From: Candidatus Oxydemutatoraceae bacterium
Lineage (GTDB): Bacteria > Pseudomonadota > Gammaproteobacteria > Poriferisulfidales > Oxydemutatoraceae
Direction of reading: 5' to 3'
Length of the DNA stretch: 64,000 bases
Assembly (NCBI GenBank): GCA_965220085.1
Contig: CBDCOZ010000003.1
Location: forward strand, 160,001 to 224,000
Shown: in pieces, positions 20,997-30,861 of the stretch
Position numbering within the stretch: position 1 is the stretch's first letter
How the letters are laid out: every line of letters begins with the position of its first letter
Translations under genes and position numbers: made by a program
The notes under the pieces: model-generated
The model's input: only the letters and a program-made list of their open reading frames with translations
Databases searched by the model: none
What the model was told of the DNA's origin: nothing

Positions 20997-22508
20997 ATGG
21001 CAGCAACAGCCGAAGTGATCGAATTGAAAACTGGCATCACTCAATTCATCAAAGAACCCAAGAAGATGCTGATTGGCGGCGAGTGGGTCGGCGCAAAGTC
21101 TGGCAAGACTTTTGACGTCGTGAACCCCGCTACCGAAGAGGTCGTCGCCAAAGTCGCGGAAGGCGATGCGGCGGATGTGGATGCGGCGGTGAAAGCCGCG
21201 CGCAAAGCATTTGAGAGCGGCCCTTGGCCGAGCATGAGCCCGTCCGATCGCGGTCGTTTGATTCATAGAATCGGCGACCGGATACTGGAGCGTCTGGAGG
21301 AATTTGCCGAACTCGAGTCGCTGGACAACGGTAAGCCCATTACCATTGCCCGCGTCGCCGATGTTCCGCTATCTGCCGACATGTTCCACTACATGAGCGG
21401 ATGGACGACTAAAATGCACGGTCAGACCATCCCGATTTCGGTGTTGTACACGCCGGGCGCGCAATATCATTCGTATACGCGTCCCGAGCCTGTCGGCGTC
21501 GTCGGGCAGATCATTCCGTGGAACTTCCCGCTGTTGATGGCGGCGTGGAAGCTGGCGCCGGCTCTGGCGACCGGTTGCACGGTGGTGCTCAAAGTCGCGG
21601 AGGAAACTCCGTTGTCGGCGCTGTTGCTCGGCGAAGTGCTGCAGGAAGTCGGCTTGCCCGAGGGCGTGGTCAATATCGTGACCGGCTTTGGCGAGACGGC
21701 GGGCGCGGCGGTGGCTTCTCATCCGGATGTGGACAAAGTCGCTTTCACCGGTTCTACCGAAGTGGGGCGCTTGATCGTCAAGGCGGCGGCAAAGGATTTG
21801 CGCAAAGTCTCTCTGGAGTTGGGCGGCAAATCGCCGAACATCGTGTTGGGGGATGCCGATCTTGAGACCGCAATCCCCGGCGCGGCGAATGCTATCTTCT
21901 TTAATCACGGGCAGTGTTGCGCGGCCGGTTCGCGTTTGTATGCGGACAAGAAAATCTTTGACAAGGTGGTCGAAGGCGTGGCCGATGCGGCATCCAAGAT
22001 CAAGGTCGGTCCCGGGCTGAACCCCGATACCGAAATGGGCCCGATGGTTTCCAAGGTGCAGCACGATCGCGTGTCGGGCTATCTGGATTCCGGTCTGTCC
22101 GAGGGCGCGAAAGCCGCCAGCGGAGGCGGGAAGAAAGCCGGCGACGGCTACTTCATCGAGCCGACTGTTTTGGTGGACACCAACCCCGACATGAAAGTGG
22201 TTCGCGAGGAGATATTCGGGCCGGTGGTCACGGCGTCTCCGTGTGACGGCTTTGATGACAAGTTGGTGGAGGAAGCCAACGCGACCATCTATGGTCTGGC
22301 AGCCGGAATCTGGACGAATGATCTTGCCAAGGCGCATTCGCTTGCGGCAAAAATTCGTTCCGGCACCGTGTGGGTCAACTGCTACAACATCTTTGATTCG
22401 GCATTGCCGTTCGGCGGCTATAAGCAGTCGGGCTGGGGCCGCGAGATGGGCGAAGCGGTGCTTGAGAACTACACCGAGACCAAAGCGGTTACGATCAATC
22501 TGAGCTGA
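20997..22508 (+). CDS. Aldehyde dehydrogenase
   Basis: IIPWNFP, FTGSTEVG, LELGGKSP, GQCC, EEIFGPV, PFGGYKQSG. Confidence 0.97.
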   Translation: MAATAEVIELKTGITQFIKEPKKMLIGGEWVGAKSGKTFDVVNPATEEVVAKVAEGDAADVDAAVKAARKAFESGPWPSMSPSDRGRLIHRIGDRILERLEEFAELESLDNGKPITIARVADVPLSADMFHYMSGWTTKMHGQTIPISVLYTPGAQYHSYTRPEPVGVVGQIIPWNFPLLMAAWKLAPALATGCTVVLKVAEETPLSALLLGEVLQEVGLPEGVVNIVTGFGETAGAAVASHPDVDKVAFTGSTEVGRLIVKAAAKDLRKVSLELGGKSPNIVLGDADLETAIPGAANAIFFNHGQCCAAGSRLYADKKIFDKVVEGVADAASKIKVGPGLNPDTEMGPMVSKVQHDRVSGYLDSGLSEGAKAASGGGKKAGDGYFIEPTVLVDTNPDMKVVREEIFGPVVTASPCDGFDDKLVEEANATIYGLAAGIWTNDLAKAHSLAAKIRSGTVWVNCYNIFDSALPFGGYKQSGWGREMGEAVLENYTETKAVTINLS

Positions 22509-22547
22509 TTGCCCGAGGCGGGGGGCGCATCGTTGCGCAAGCGATAC

Positions 22548-22610
22548 AGGCACACCGCACTGCGCGGTGTGCCGCCCTTTCGCAGTCGCTCCTTTGATCG
22601 GGAGCGGCGA
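22548..22610 (+). terminator. GC-rich hairpins after the aldehyde dehydrogenase
   Basis: GGCACACCGC...GCGGTGTGCC inverted repeat, followed by GTCGCTCC...GGAGCGGC; weak U-tract. Confidence 0.4.
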
Positions 22611-22685
22611 AGGCGCCCGCCCGCACCGGCGCGATCAAGCGGAGTGACAGACCGTTAACGGGCGATTCCCCGAATACTTGCGACC

Positions 22686-24626
22686 ATGACCGACAGCGAT
22701 ATCAAACAACAGCGCTACCCCGCGCCCGCGGACCCGAACGCGCTGGCAGACGCGCAGACCTATCAACGCATGTATCAAAAGTCTGTCGAAGACCCGGAGG
22801 CGTTCTGGGCCGAGCAGGCGCGCGCGTTTCTGGACTGGAAGCGCGAATGGGACAGCGTGCTGGAGTGGGATTACGACAAGGCGATCATCCGCTGGTTTGA
22901 TGGCGGGCGGCTGAATGTCTCCTACAATTGTCTGGACCGGCATTTGGACAAGCACGGCGATCGCGCGGCCATTATCTGGGAGGGCGATGAGCCGTCGCAA
23001 AGCAAAACGTTTACCTATCGCGAGTTGCACGAGATGGTGTGCCGGTTTGCCAATGTGCTCAAAGCGCAGGGGGTTAAAAAAGGCGATCGGGTTTGCATAT
23101 ACATGCCGATGATCGTCGAGGCGACGGTGGCGATGCTGGCGTGCGCGCGTATCGGCGCCATTCACTCGGTGGTGTTCGGCGGCTTTTCTCCGACGGCGCT
23201 GCGTGATCGCATCTTGGATTCCGATTGCACGATGCTCATCACCGCCGATGAGGGGCGGCGCGGCGGCAAGATTGTGCCGCTGAAGGCCAACTCCGATATC
23301 GCCGCCGCCGAGTGCCCGAATGTCCGCGCGGTAATCGTCGTGCGCAATACCGGCGCGGATGTGGCTATGCGCGAAGGGCGCGATGAGTGGTATCACGAGG
23401 CGGTCGCGGCGGCGAGCGCGGAGTGCGAAGCCGAGCCGATGGAGGCCGAAGACCCGCTGTTTATTCTCTACACTTCCGGTTCTACCGGCACGCCCAAGGG
23501 GGTGTTGCATACGATGGGGGGGTATTTGTTGTATGCGGCCATCACGCATCGCTACAGTTTTGATTACCGCGATGGCGAGGTGTATTGGTGTACCGCCGAT
23601 GTCGGCTGGATTACCGGGCATTCGTATATCGTGTACGGGCCGTTGGCGAACGCCGCAACGACTGTGATGTTTGAAGGGGTGCCGACCTACCCCGACGCAT
23701 CGCGCTGTTGGCAAGTGATAGACAAGCACAAGGTCAATGTCTTTTACACCGCCCCGACCGCCATTCGCGCGCTTATGCGGCTGGGGGATGCGCCGGTCAA
23801 GAAGGCCGACCGCGGCAGCTTGCGCGTCATTGCGACCGTGGGCGAGCCTATTAACCCCGAAGCCTGGGAATGGTATTACCGCGTGGTCGGCGAACGGCGT
23901 TGTCCGGTCATCGACACATGGTGGCAGACCGAAACCGGCGGGCATATGATCACGCCGTTGCCCTATGCGACCGATTTGAAACCCGGTTCTGCGGCGCGCC
24001 CGTTCTTCGGCATCTGTCCTGCCATCGTTGACGATGCGGGCAATGAGTTGGACGGCGCGTGCGAAGACAAGTTGGTGATTACCCGCCCGTGGCCCGGGCA
24101 GATGCGCACGGTGTATGGCAACCATCAGCGGTTTATAGATACCTACTTCAAGACCTTCCCCGGCAAATACTTTACCGGCGACGGCTGCCGCCGCGATGAG
24201 GACGGCTACTACTGGATTACCGGACGCGTCGATGACATTATTAATGTGTCGGGGCATCGCATCGGCACGGCCGAAGTCGAAAGCGCGATGGTGTTGCACG
24301 AAAAAGTCGCCGAAGTGGCGGTGGTCGGCTACCCGCACGAAGTAAAGGGGCAAGGCATATACGCGTACGTCACTTTGATGCAGGAAGTCGAGGGCAGCGA
24401 ACCCTTGCGTGAAGAACTGTTGGCACTGGTCAAGCAGGAAATCGGTGCCATCGCGATTCCGGATGTGCTGCAATGGGCACCAGACTTGCCCAAGACGCGC
24501 TCGGGCAAAATCATGCGACGGATCCTGCGCAAAATCGCATGCGGTGAGACCGATGAGATTGGCGACACTTCAACACTCGCCGACCCCACCGTCGTTGAGG
24601 CGATCATCAAAGGCAAAGCCGGCTAG
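22686..24626 (+). CDS. acs: Acetyl-CoA synthetase
   Basis: [41 protein letters not shown]. Confidence 0.98.
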   Translation: MTDSDIKQQRYPAPADPNALADAQTYQRMYQKSVEDPEAFWAEQARAFLDWKREWDSVLEWDYDKAIIRWFDGGRLNVSYNCLDRHLDKHGDRAAIIWEGDEPSQSKTFTYRELHEMVCRFANVLKAQGVKKGDRVCIYMPMIVEATVAMLACARIGAIHSVVFGGFSPTALRDRILDSDCTMLITADEGRRGGKIVPLKANSDIAAAECPNVRAVIVVRNTGADVAMREGRDEWYHEAVAAASAECEAEPMEAEDPLFILYTSGSTGTPKGVLHTMGGYLLYAAITHRYSFDYRDGEVYWCTADVGWITGHSYIVYGPLANAATTVMFEGVPTYPDASRCWQVIDKHKVNVFYTAPTAIRALMRLGDAPVKKADRGSLRVIATVGEPINPEAWEWYYRVVGERRCPVIDTWWQTETGGHMITPLPYATDLKPGSAARPFFGICPAIVDDAGNELDGACEDKLVITRPWPGQMRTVYGNHQRFIDTYFKTFPGKYFTGDGCRRDEDGYYWITGRVDDIINVSGHRIGTAEVESAMVLHEKVAEVAVVGYPHEVKGQGIYAYVTLMQEVEGSEPLREELLALVKQEIGAIAIPDVLQWAPDLPKTRSGKIMRRILRKIACGETDEIGDTSTLADPTVVEAIIKGKAG

Positions 24627-24648
24627 CTTGGCTGATGTAACAAGCAGA

Positions 24649-25506
24649 ATGGCAGGCGAAATAAAGTTCGTTGCAATTGATGTTGAGACGGCAAACTCTG
24701 ATCTCAGTTCAATTTGTCAGGTTGGTATTGCCACTTTTGGCGAGTCCGGACTGATTGACGAGTGGCGCAGTCTTGTGAATCCGGGAGTTGATTTTGGCCC
24801 TGATCCTGCTGGGCATGGTATCAAGAAAGAAGATGTTATTGACAGTCCGACCTTCCGTGAAGTTTCAAAAATTATCGGTAGAAAGGTTAATGGACAAGTA
24901 TGTATCGCGCATAACGCTTCTTTTGATAAATCTGCGTTAGAACAGGCTGCTAAAAAGGATAATCTTGAGCCGCTGAATCCAATTTGGCTTTGTTCTGCTG
25001 AGGTGGCTCGCAGAACTTGGAGCGATGTATCTGAGAAAGGGTATAAACTCAAAGATGTGTGTCAGAAGATCGGATATGAATTTGAGCATCACGATGCATT
25101 AGAGGATGCAAAAGCGGCAGGGCATGTCATGATAGCAGCTCTTGAAGAATCTGGTATCAGTCTAGAGGAGTGGCTAGAACAGCCTATTAATTCATCATCG
25201 CGACCGAAGGGAAAGAATATTGAAAGAAGCGGCAATCCTAACGGGAAGTTGCACGGCGAGGTTATTGTATTTACTGGGAAGCTAAGATCATATGAGAAAG
25301 CAGAAGCAGCAGATTTAGCTGCGTCTTTGGGATGCGATGTACAGCTTAGAGTGACAAAGAAAACCACGCTTTTAGTTGTCAAGGATAAAGACTCAGGTAA
25401 GCCTTCAAGGAATCATCAAAGATCTAAGGAGCTAATCGCGAAAGGGGAAAGAATTAAAGTCGTAGATGAGGATGACTTTGTCAAATTGATAAAAGACAAC
25501 TCTTAG
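24649..25506 (+). CDS. DEDDh 3'-5' exonuclease (DnaQ-like) with C-terminal BRCT
   Basis: AIDVET, AHNASFD, HHDALEDA; VFTGKL...VTKKTTLLV. Confidence 0.9.
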   Translation: MAGEIKFVAIDVETANSDLSSICQVGIATFGESGLIDEWRSLVNPGVDFGPDPAGHGIKKEDVIDSPTFREVSKIIGRKVNGQVCIAHNASFDKSALEQAAKKDNLEPLNPIWLCSAEVARRTWSDVSEKGYKLKDVCQKIGYEFEHHDALEDAKAAGHVMIAALEESGISLEEWLEQPINSSSRPKGKNIERSGNPNGKLHGEVIVFTGKLRSYEKAEAADLAASLGCDVQLRVTKKTTLLVVKDKDSGKPSRNHQRSKELIAKGERIKVVDEDDFVKLIKDNS

Positions 25507-25557
25507 TTTACACCTGCTTTTTATTAGCTTATTGAGTCGGATTGCTTAGCTGTATTT

Positions 25558-26256
25558 ATGTATATTATGGAGAATTCGACCAAACATATACGCCGTTCGC
25601 ATGACAAGCCCATTCGGGAAAACCTCTCGTGGGATGAGCAGTGGAAAGCGGCGGACAAAGGGTTGATCGGTTGCTGGGAGACTGGGCGGAAACTTGTCCG
25701 AACGCATCCGGAGTTAGCGGAAAAGGCTAAGAACAGCGAGCTTCCCGCTTTGAATTGGAAGGGCGGGTCGGATACGAAGTATTGCAAGCCGGACTACTTG
25801 GCGCGCTGGCAGGGGTTGCGCGGCGAACCGATGGATATTGATGCGACAAGCGAAAGAGAGCTTGTTTGTTCGCAGACGGGAGTCGCGGTCGTGTTTGCTG
25901 TGGGCGCCGATGCGCGGTATGACCGGCGGCAGTTACAGAACGAATGGCAGATTGGGAAGGAGTTGGCGGAGAAGAGCCCGCAGTTGGCAGAGAGGGCCAA
26001 GCGAGGGGAGTTGCTTGTTTTGCCCAAGCCGGGCAGTACCGCGGGCAACCTCAGCATCGGCGAAAGCATACGATATGGTTCGCTGTTTTATTTGGCGCAA
26101 TGGCAGGGATTGCGCGGCGAAGATTTGAATATTGACACATCGGTCGCGCGCGAGGTTGTTTGTTCAAGAACCGGGATGACGACGATATTTGCCGGCGCTG
26201 CCGAAGGGTTTGAGATGCGGCGCAAAGAGCTTGAGAAGCATCGGAAGCCCGCATAG
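25558..26256 (+). CDS. Hypothetical protein made of two ~100-aa internal repeats
   Basis: PELAEKAK...YLARWQGLRGE...CSQTG repeated as PQLAERAK...YLAQWQGLRGE...CSRTG. Confidence 0.8.
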   Translation: MYIMENSTKHIRRSHDKPIRENLSWDEQWKAADKGLIGCWETGRKLVRTHPELAEKAKNSELPALNWKGGSDTKYCKPDYLARWQGLRGEPMDIDATSERELVCSQTGVAVVFAVGADARYDRRQLQNEWQIGKELAEKSPQLAERAKRGELLVLPKPGSTAGNLSIGESIRYGSLFYLAQWQGLRGEDLNIDTSVAREVVCSRTGMTTIFAGAAEGFEMRRKELEKHRKPA

Positions 26257-26293
26257 TTTTCATTGATGTGACAGGCAAGATGTGACAGGCAAG

Positions 26294-27163
26294 ATGGCAA
26301 GCAAAGTGAAATTTGTCGCGATTGGCGTTGAGACGGTAAACTCTGACCTCAGTTCAATCTGTCAGGTCGGCATTGCCACTTTTGGCAAGTCCGGACTGAT
26401 TGACGAGTGGCGCAGTCTTGTGAATCCGAGAACCTATTTTGGCGAAATGAACCCTGGCCTGCGCGGAGTCAGAAAAGCAGATCTTATGAAGAGTCCGGCA
26501 TTTTATGAAATCTCAGAAATTATTAGTGAGAAGGCGAATGGCCGGGTATGTGTCTACCATTCTCAAGTGCATTTTGAGCAGAAGGCGTTAGAACAGGCTA
26601 TTGAAAAGGATGATCTTGAGCCGCTGAATCTAATTTGGCTTAATTCTACTGAGGTGGCTCGCAGAACTTGGCGCGATGTGGCTAAGGCAGGGTATGGAAT
26701 CGTCAATGTGTGCAAGAAGATTGGGTATGAACTTGAGCATCGCGATGCATTGGAAGATGCAAAAGCGGCGGGGCATATCATGATGGCGGCTCTTGAAGAA
26801 TCCGGTATCAGTCTGGAGGACTGGCTAATATTGACAAAGCAACCTAATTCATTGTTGCACCCGAGGGGAAAGAGTATCAAAAGAAACGGCAATTTCAAAG
26901 GGAAGTTGCGCGGCGAGGTTCTTGTGTTTGCCGGGAGGCTCGGCGCATATAGGAGAGCGCAAGCGGCGGATTTGATTGCGTATTTGGGATGCGATGTGCG
27001 GCCCAAAGTGACACAGAAAACCACGCTTTTGGTTGTCGGGGATCAAGGCGCTGGCAAGCCTTTGAGGAACTATCAAGAGGCTAAAGAGCGAATCAAGGAA
27101 GGGCAAAGAATTAAAATCATAGATGAGGATGGCTTTGTCAAATTGATAAGAGACAACGCTTAG
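26294..27163 (+). CDS. Second exonuclease-BRCT paralog with first catalytic Asp changed to Gly
   Basis: AIGVET instead of AIDVET; collinear with 24649-25506. Confidence 0.85.
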   Translation: MASKVKFVAIGVETVNSDLSSICQVGIATFGKSGLIDEWRSLVNPRTYFGEMNPGLRGVRKADLMKSPAFYEISEIISEKANGRVCVYHSQVHFEQKALEQAIEKDDLEPLNLIWLNSTEVARRTWRDVAKAGYGIVNVCKKIGYELEHRDALEDAKAAGHIMMAALEESGISLEDWLILTKQPNSLLHPRGKSIKRNGNFKGKLRGEVLVFAGRLGAYRRAQAADLIAYLGCDVRPKVTQKTTLLVVGDQGAGKPLRNYQEAKERIKEGQRIKIIDEDGFVKLIRDNA

Positions 27164-27224
27164 TTGGCGCCCGCTTTTTGTTGGCTTATTGAGTCAGACA
27201 GCTTAGCTGTATTTACCGTATATT

Positions 27225-27854
27225 ATGGGCATTATGAAAACGAATGACCCAGAGTTAGTGCGCCGTTTCCACACTGGGAGGTTAAGCGATCGCTCAGTAG
27301 ATGAGCTTATCGGTTTATCCGCAGGCATTATCGCAGATGGTGTTGTTAATCAGAAAGAAGCCGAATTCTTGCATAACTGGTTAGCAAAGTATGCCAGTGT
27401 GGCGAATGAAAACTCAATGACTCGCAATCTTTTAACTCGCATTAGGGAAGTGCTTTCCGATGGTGTGCTGGATGATGAAGAGTCACGCGAACTGCTTGAG
27501 GTGTTGAAAAGCTTTGCCGGCGTGGGTGAGGTTGGGGAGGTTCCGCTTGCGACAGATTTGCCTTTGGATAATCCCCCGCCAAGAATGGTGGCTGACGGTA
27601 AGCGATTTTGTTTTACTGGTTTATTCTTGTTCGGGAAACGCGATAAGTGTGAACAGCACACTAAAGATTCTGGCGGAACAGCAGGAAGCCTGACGCAGAA
27701 AACGGATTATTTGGTTATCGGGTATTATGCGGCCGAATCATGGAAACATACAAGCTATGGCAATAAAATCTTGCGAGCTTTAGAGATGAGAGAGAAGGGT
27801 GTTCCCATTTATATTGTTAGTGAGAAGCATTGGATTAAGGAGTGTCATAGTTGA
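27225..27854 (+). CDS. BRCT-domain protein (phage/island type)
   Basis: GIIADGVVNQKEAEFL N-domain; FCFTG...TQKTDYLVIG...WKHTSYGNKI. Confidence 0.85.
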   Translation: MGIMKTNDPELVRRFHTGRLSDRSVDELIGLSAGIIADGVVNQKEAEFLHNWLAKYASVANENSMTRNLLTRIREVLSDGVLDDEESRELLEVLKSFAGVGEVGEVPLATDLPLDNPPPRMVADGKRFCFTGLFLFGKRDKCEQHTKDSGGTAGSLTQKTDYLVIGYYAAESWKHTSYGNKILRALEMREKGVPIYIVSEKHWIKECHS

Positions 27855-28019
27855 AGGGTGGTGTAAGAAAAGCCACACCATAGCCCGAATAGAAAGCAGT
27901 CCAGCAAAAAGCGTTTGCACTATAGTTGCTAGTGTCAGCATGGCTAAGTAAATGGTATGATTCCGTAAAACCTGCGCCTGCCTGTCCGCCGGATGATTTA
28001 TAAGATTGTAGGTGCGCAA

Positions 28020-28105
28020 CGCTAGGGATGCGCACTTAGTTTTCGCATCAGGATCTCAAGCGAGATTATATGCATGTCGTTTCCTACGGGAAATTCGTCA
28101 TTGAC
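28020..28105 (-). repeat. Degenerate copy of the 3' end of the AAA/DUF4143 ATPase gene (native 40992-41075)
   Basis: CTAGGGATGCGCACTTAGTTTTCGCAT...GCGAGATTA...TTCCTACGGGAAATTCGTCAT matches 40993 onward. Confidence 0.75.
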
Positions 28106-28257
28106 CTGCTATAGACAATATGATGATTCCATAGTGAAATCTGGCGACTGGATGCGCAAGCTACCAGACAACTTCCACATAGGTAGGGTAGAGCAAGGTT
28201 ATATGGTATTCTTTGGAGGTGAGTCATGAAAGCATTACCGAGAGCACATCGAGAGTA

Positions 28258-28320
28258 CATAAAGAGACGCCACCCTAGAGGTGGCGTCGGGCCGAGGATA
28301 CTATCCTCGGGGTGGTTAAT
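28258..28320 (-). ncRNA. Putative ~63-nt small RNA (hairpin + intrinsic terminator), divergent from the NYN gene
   Basis: Stems CCGAGGAT/ATCCTCGG and GACGCCACC/GGTGGCGTC followed by a U-rich tail; preceded by a consensus promoter; second conserved copy at 39290-39348. Confidence 0.65.
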
Positions 28321-28327
28321 GCTTGGC

Positions 28328-28356
28328 AGTTTACTGATATCCAGCATAGGTGTCAA
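28328..28356 (-). promoter_or_regulatory. Sigma70 promoter TTGACA-N17-TAAACT
   Basis: -35 at 28351-28356, -10 at 28328-28333, 17-bp spacing; conserved in the second copy. Confidence 0.75.
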
Positions 28357-28433
28357 GCCCCCCGCAGACCCAAGGTTCGTAGGGCATTGCTTGAGTGCTA
28401 TAGTCTGTCAAAATTGCTAATCTGAGAGATAAT

Positions 28434-29051
28434 ATGACTAAAGTAATCAGTTATATAGATGGTTTCAACCTGTACTATGGCTTACGAGAAAAAGGCTGGA
28501 GGAAATACTACTGGTTGGATGTAGCCAAAGTGTCTAAGGCCATTCTCAAGCAGGACCAAGCCCTGCAGCATTGCTACTATTTCACAGCCCACATTAGAAC
28601 TAATAAACATGGTCAGAACAGGCACAGGCAAACCCTTTGGCTGGATGCACTGAAAACTCGCCCTGATATCACATGTCGCTTTGGGCAATATCTAACCAAA
28701 ACCGTACAATGCAATAGTTGCAAAGCTACATGGAGGCAACCCGAAGAAAAGATGACTGATGTTAATATCGCTACGCAACTCATCGTTGATGCCTATGAAG
28801 GAAACTATGACACAGCACTGATTGTGTCTGGTGACAGTGACTTAACGCCTCCTATTGAGTATATCCGCAAAAGGTTCCCAGACAAGAAGATAGTTGTTGC
28901 GTTCCCACCTAGACGTCACTCAAAACAGCTTAAAAAGGCAGCCAGTAGATATATCATTTTGGGTGAAGACAAACTGCGTAACGGCCTTTTACCAGACAAA
29001 ATTACCGTCGCAAGCGGTCATGTGCTAAAGCGTCCTGATTCTTGGCGCTAG
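28434..29051 (+). CDS. NYN-domain (LabA/DUF88, PIN-like) ribonuclease
   Basis: YIDGFNLYY, EEKMTDVNIA, IVSGDSDL, VAFPP. Confidence 0.92.
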   Translation: MTKVISYIDGFNLYYGLREKGWRKYYWLDVAKVSKAILKQDQALQHCYYFTAHIRTNKHGQNRHRQTLWLDALKTRPDITCRFGQYLTKTVQCNSCKATWRQPEEKMTDVNIATQLIVDAYEGNYDTALIVSGDSDLTPPIEYIRKRFPDKKIVVAFPPRRHSKQLKKAASRYIILGEDKLRNGLLPDKITVASGHVLKRPDSWR

Positions 29052-29105
29052 ATGCCATGCGCCAACATATAACACAATCGCATCAACTGACTGTCAGTGC
29101 GCAGT

Positions 29106-29304
29106 GCTAGGGGTGGGCAGTAATCTTTTGCATCAGCTTCTCAAGCGAGATTACATGTGTGTTCCTCCTGCGGGGAATGCGTCATCGCCTCCGCAGACGA
29201 TGTATTTTTGCATCACTTTGACATCATCGCAAATCCGATTGAGAACTGTCGGCGCTGGTCAAGCAAGCGATTGGCGCTATCGCCATTGCGGATGTGTTGC
29301 AATG
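29106..29304. repeat. Chimeric repeat: ATPase 3' fragment (minus) fused to an acs 3' fragment (plus)
   Basis: 29106-29250 resembles 40992-41140 and 29251-29304 resembles 24423-24475; same junction at ~32010-32237 and ~35150-35474. Confidence 0.85.
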
Positions 29305-29461
29305 CGCCCATGACACACAGCATTTGCCCCATGTATAAATATGTCATGGTATCATGCGCCATACTGCCAAGGTGCTAAGATTAGGTTCGCCTATCCGCTC
29401 TGGCATGGAATGAATCAATCAACGGGATTCACGCGCATCATAATTAATCGGAGAAAATGCA

Positions 29462-29818
29462 ATGCAAAACTTTTTGATGACTTTGTCTCTTGCGCTTGTT
29501 TTTAGCGTGATGTTTCTGCCGTCTGTTTCGTATGCTCAAGGCGCTGACTGCTCGCCCGTGCTCCCTCGGTGCGAGGCTCTGGGGGCCAAAGCGCAAAAAC
29601 TCATGAAATCTTTGCCTGAGCCGGAGGACATGATTGCAGTGCTTCAAGCGCAAGATTGCATGAGCAGGCGCGTAGCAGAAGTAAGCCGCGGATGTGCCAA
29701 GGAATATCGTGCCGCGGGGAACTCTGTGTGCGTTAGTCTTTTGGAAGAACAAGCGAGAACTGCCGAGGAAGAAGCCAAACGATTCGAGAAATCTTGGCGT
29801 GATCGCCGCTCCCTATGA
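29462..29818 (+). CDS. Secreted Cys-containing hypothetical protein
   Basis: Signal peptide ending SYA|Q; RBS GGAG; an internal fragment is duplicated at ~34723-34835. Confidence 0.75.
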   Translation: MQNFLMTLSLALVFSVMFLPSVSYAQGADCSPVLPRCEALGAKAQKLMKSLPEPEDMIAVLQAQDCMSRRVAEVSRGCAKEYRAAGNSVCVSLLEEQARTAEEEAKRFEKSWRDRRSL

Positions 29819-29879
29819 TTGTCCAAAATTGTGAATTACCCTCAATTAAACAACGTAAGCAGCGACTGAAAAAAACCAA

Positions 29880-30851
29880 ATGAAAAAAATTTCTGCGCTG
29901 ATAGCGGCTCTTTTTGTTGCGCTTGCTGTGCAAACCGCACAAGCAGAAAACTGTGACTTTCGCTTTATGTGCTCTGCAAAGCATTTTGCAAAGGAGGCCG
30001 CAAATTTTGTTATGGGGCATGGGGGAATCAGTCTTCTGGAAGCGTTGTCTGACACATCGAAAGGCGCTCACTTTTGCGGAGGAGAGGGAGAGCCTCCGGA
30101 AGGTTGCAGCCTTGATGACGCTTTGGAGCATTACAAAGCTAATCCCGAAGACACTGCTTTTCTAGGAGAGTTTGTCGGCCAAGTGCAAGTTCAAAGAGAA
30201 GACGGAAAAAATTATGGTTATACGGGTTTTATCGCAAGAACAGAAAAATGCGCCGGAAACAATCTTATTTTTACAAATGCTCACGCTCTGTTTAATCGTA
30301 AAACAGGGGAGACTTATGCAAGAAATGCCAAGTTTTGTCTCAAGGGAAAATGTTATGAGTTGGATCTTGATGCCATTTCTAAAATGGAAGAACAAGGACT
30401 GCTTGGCAAAAGAAAGTTCGCGTCCGGAGAAAGATATTTGGATTATATTGCTCTGCCTGTCAAAGGCAAAAAGCCCGCTCCTCAAAGGGTCGCAAAGCTT
30501 GCTCCTTTTAAGAAAGGTTCTTATCTTAATAAGGGTGTGCTATCCGCGGGATATCATATTAAAAACAAAAAAATCCATTCCGTGCGCGGGTGCAAAATTA
30601 CGCATACGCATGCCCATCCATATCCTCTGACTCTTTATCATAATTGCCCCGGCACAAACGGTTTTTCAGGCTCTCCTCTTATAAGCCATAAAGGCGAAAT
30701 TGTGGCTTTTCATGCTGCTAGCGGAAAGAAGGCGAAGGGACAATCCTATGATCCTCGCAATAAGATCTTTAATCGGGGCGGTGGCATTTCACAAACGCTC
30801 ATTGATAATTTAAACCGATATTGCTCTGACTTTTTGGCAAGTAGCGACTGA
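29880..30851 (+). CDS. Secreted trypsin-like serine protease, paralog 1 (long form)
   Basis: Signal peptide; triad motifs TNAH, LDY, GFSGSP. Confidence 0.85.
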   Translation: MKKISALIAALFVALAVQTAQAENCDFRFMCSAKHFAKEAANFVMGHGGISLLEALSDTSKGAHFCGGEGEPPEGCSLDDALEHYKANPEDTAFLGEFVGQVQVQREDGKNYGYTGFIARTEKCAGNNLIFTNAHALFNRKTGETYARNAKFCLKGKCYELDLDAISKMEEQGLLGKRKFASGERYLDYIALPVKGKKPAPQRVAKLAPFKKGSYLNKGVLSAGYHIKNKKIHSVRGCKITHTHAHPYPLTLYHNCPGTNGFSGSPLISHKGEIVAFHAASGKKAKGQSYDPRNKIFNRGGGISQTLIDNLNRYCSDFLASSD

Positions 30852-30861
30852 AAAAAACCAA

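Noticed and set aside
18996-24473. Long antisense ORFs (18996-20732, 21369-22553, 22635-24473) and 875-1939
   Set aside because: Shadow frames of GC-rich real genes on the opposite strand; no motifs
25549-25566. LexA/SOS box CTGTATTTATGTATAT (and similar at ~27206)
   Set aside because: Right half lacks the required CAG
26267-26296. 14-bp tandem duplication GATGTGACAGGCAA, and 19-bp repeat at ~42230/42313
   Set aside because: Short local slippage-type duplications; no further structure to support a function
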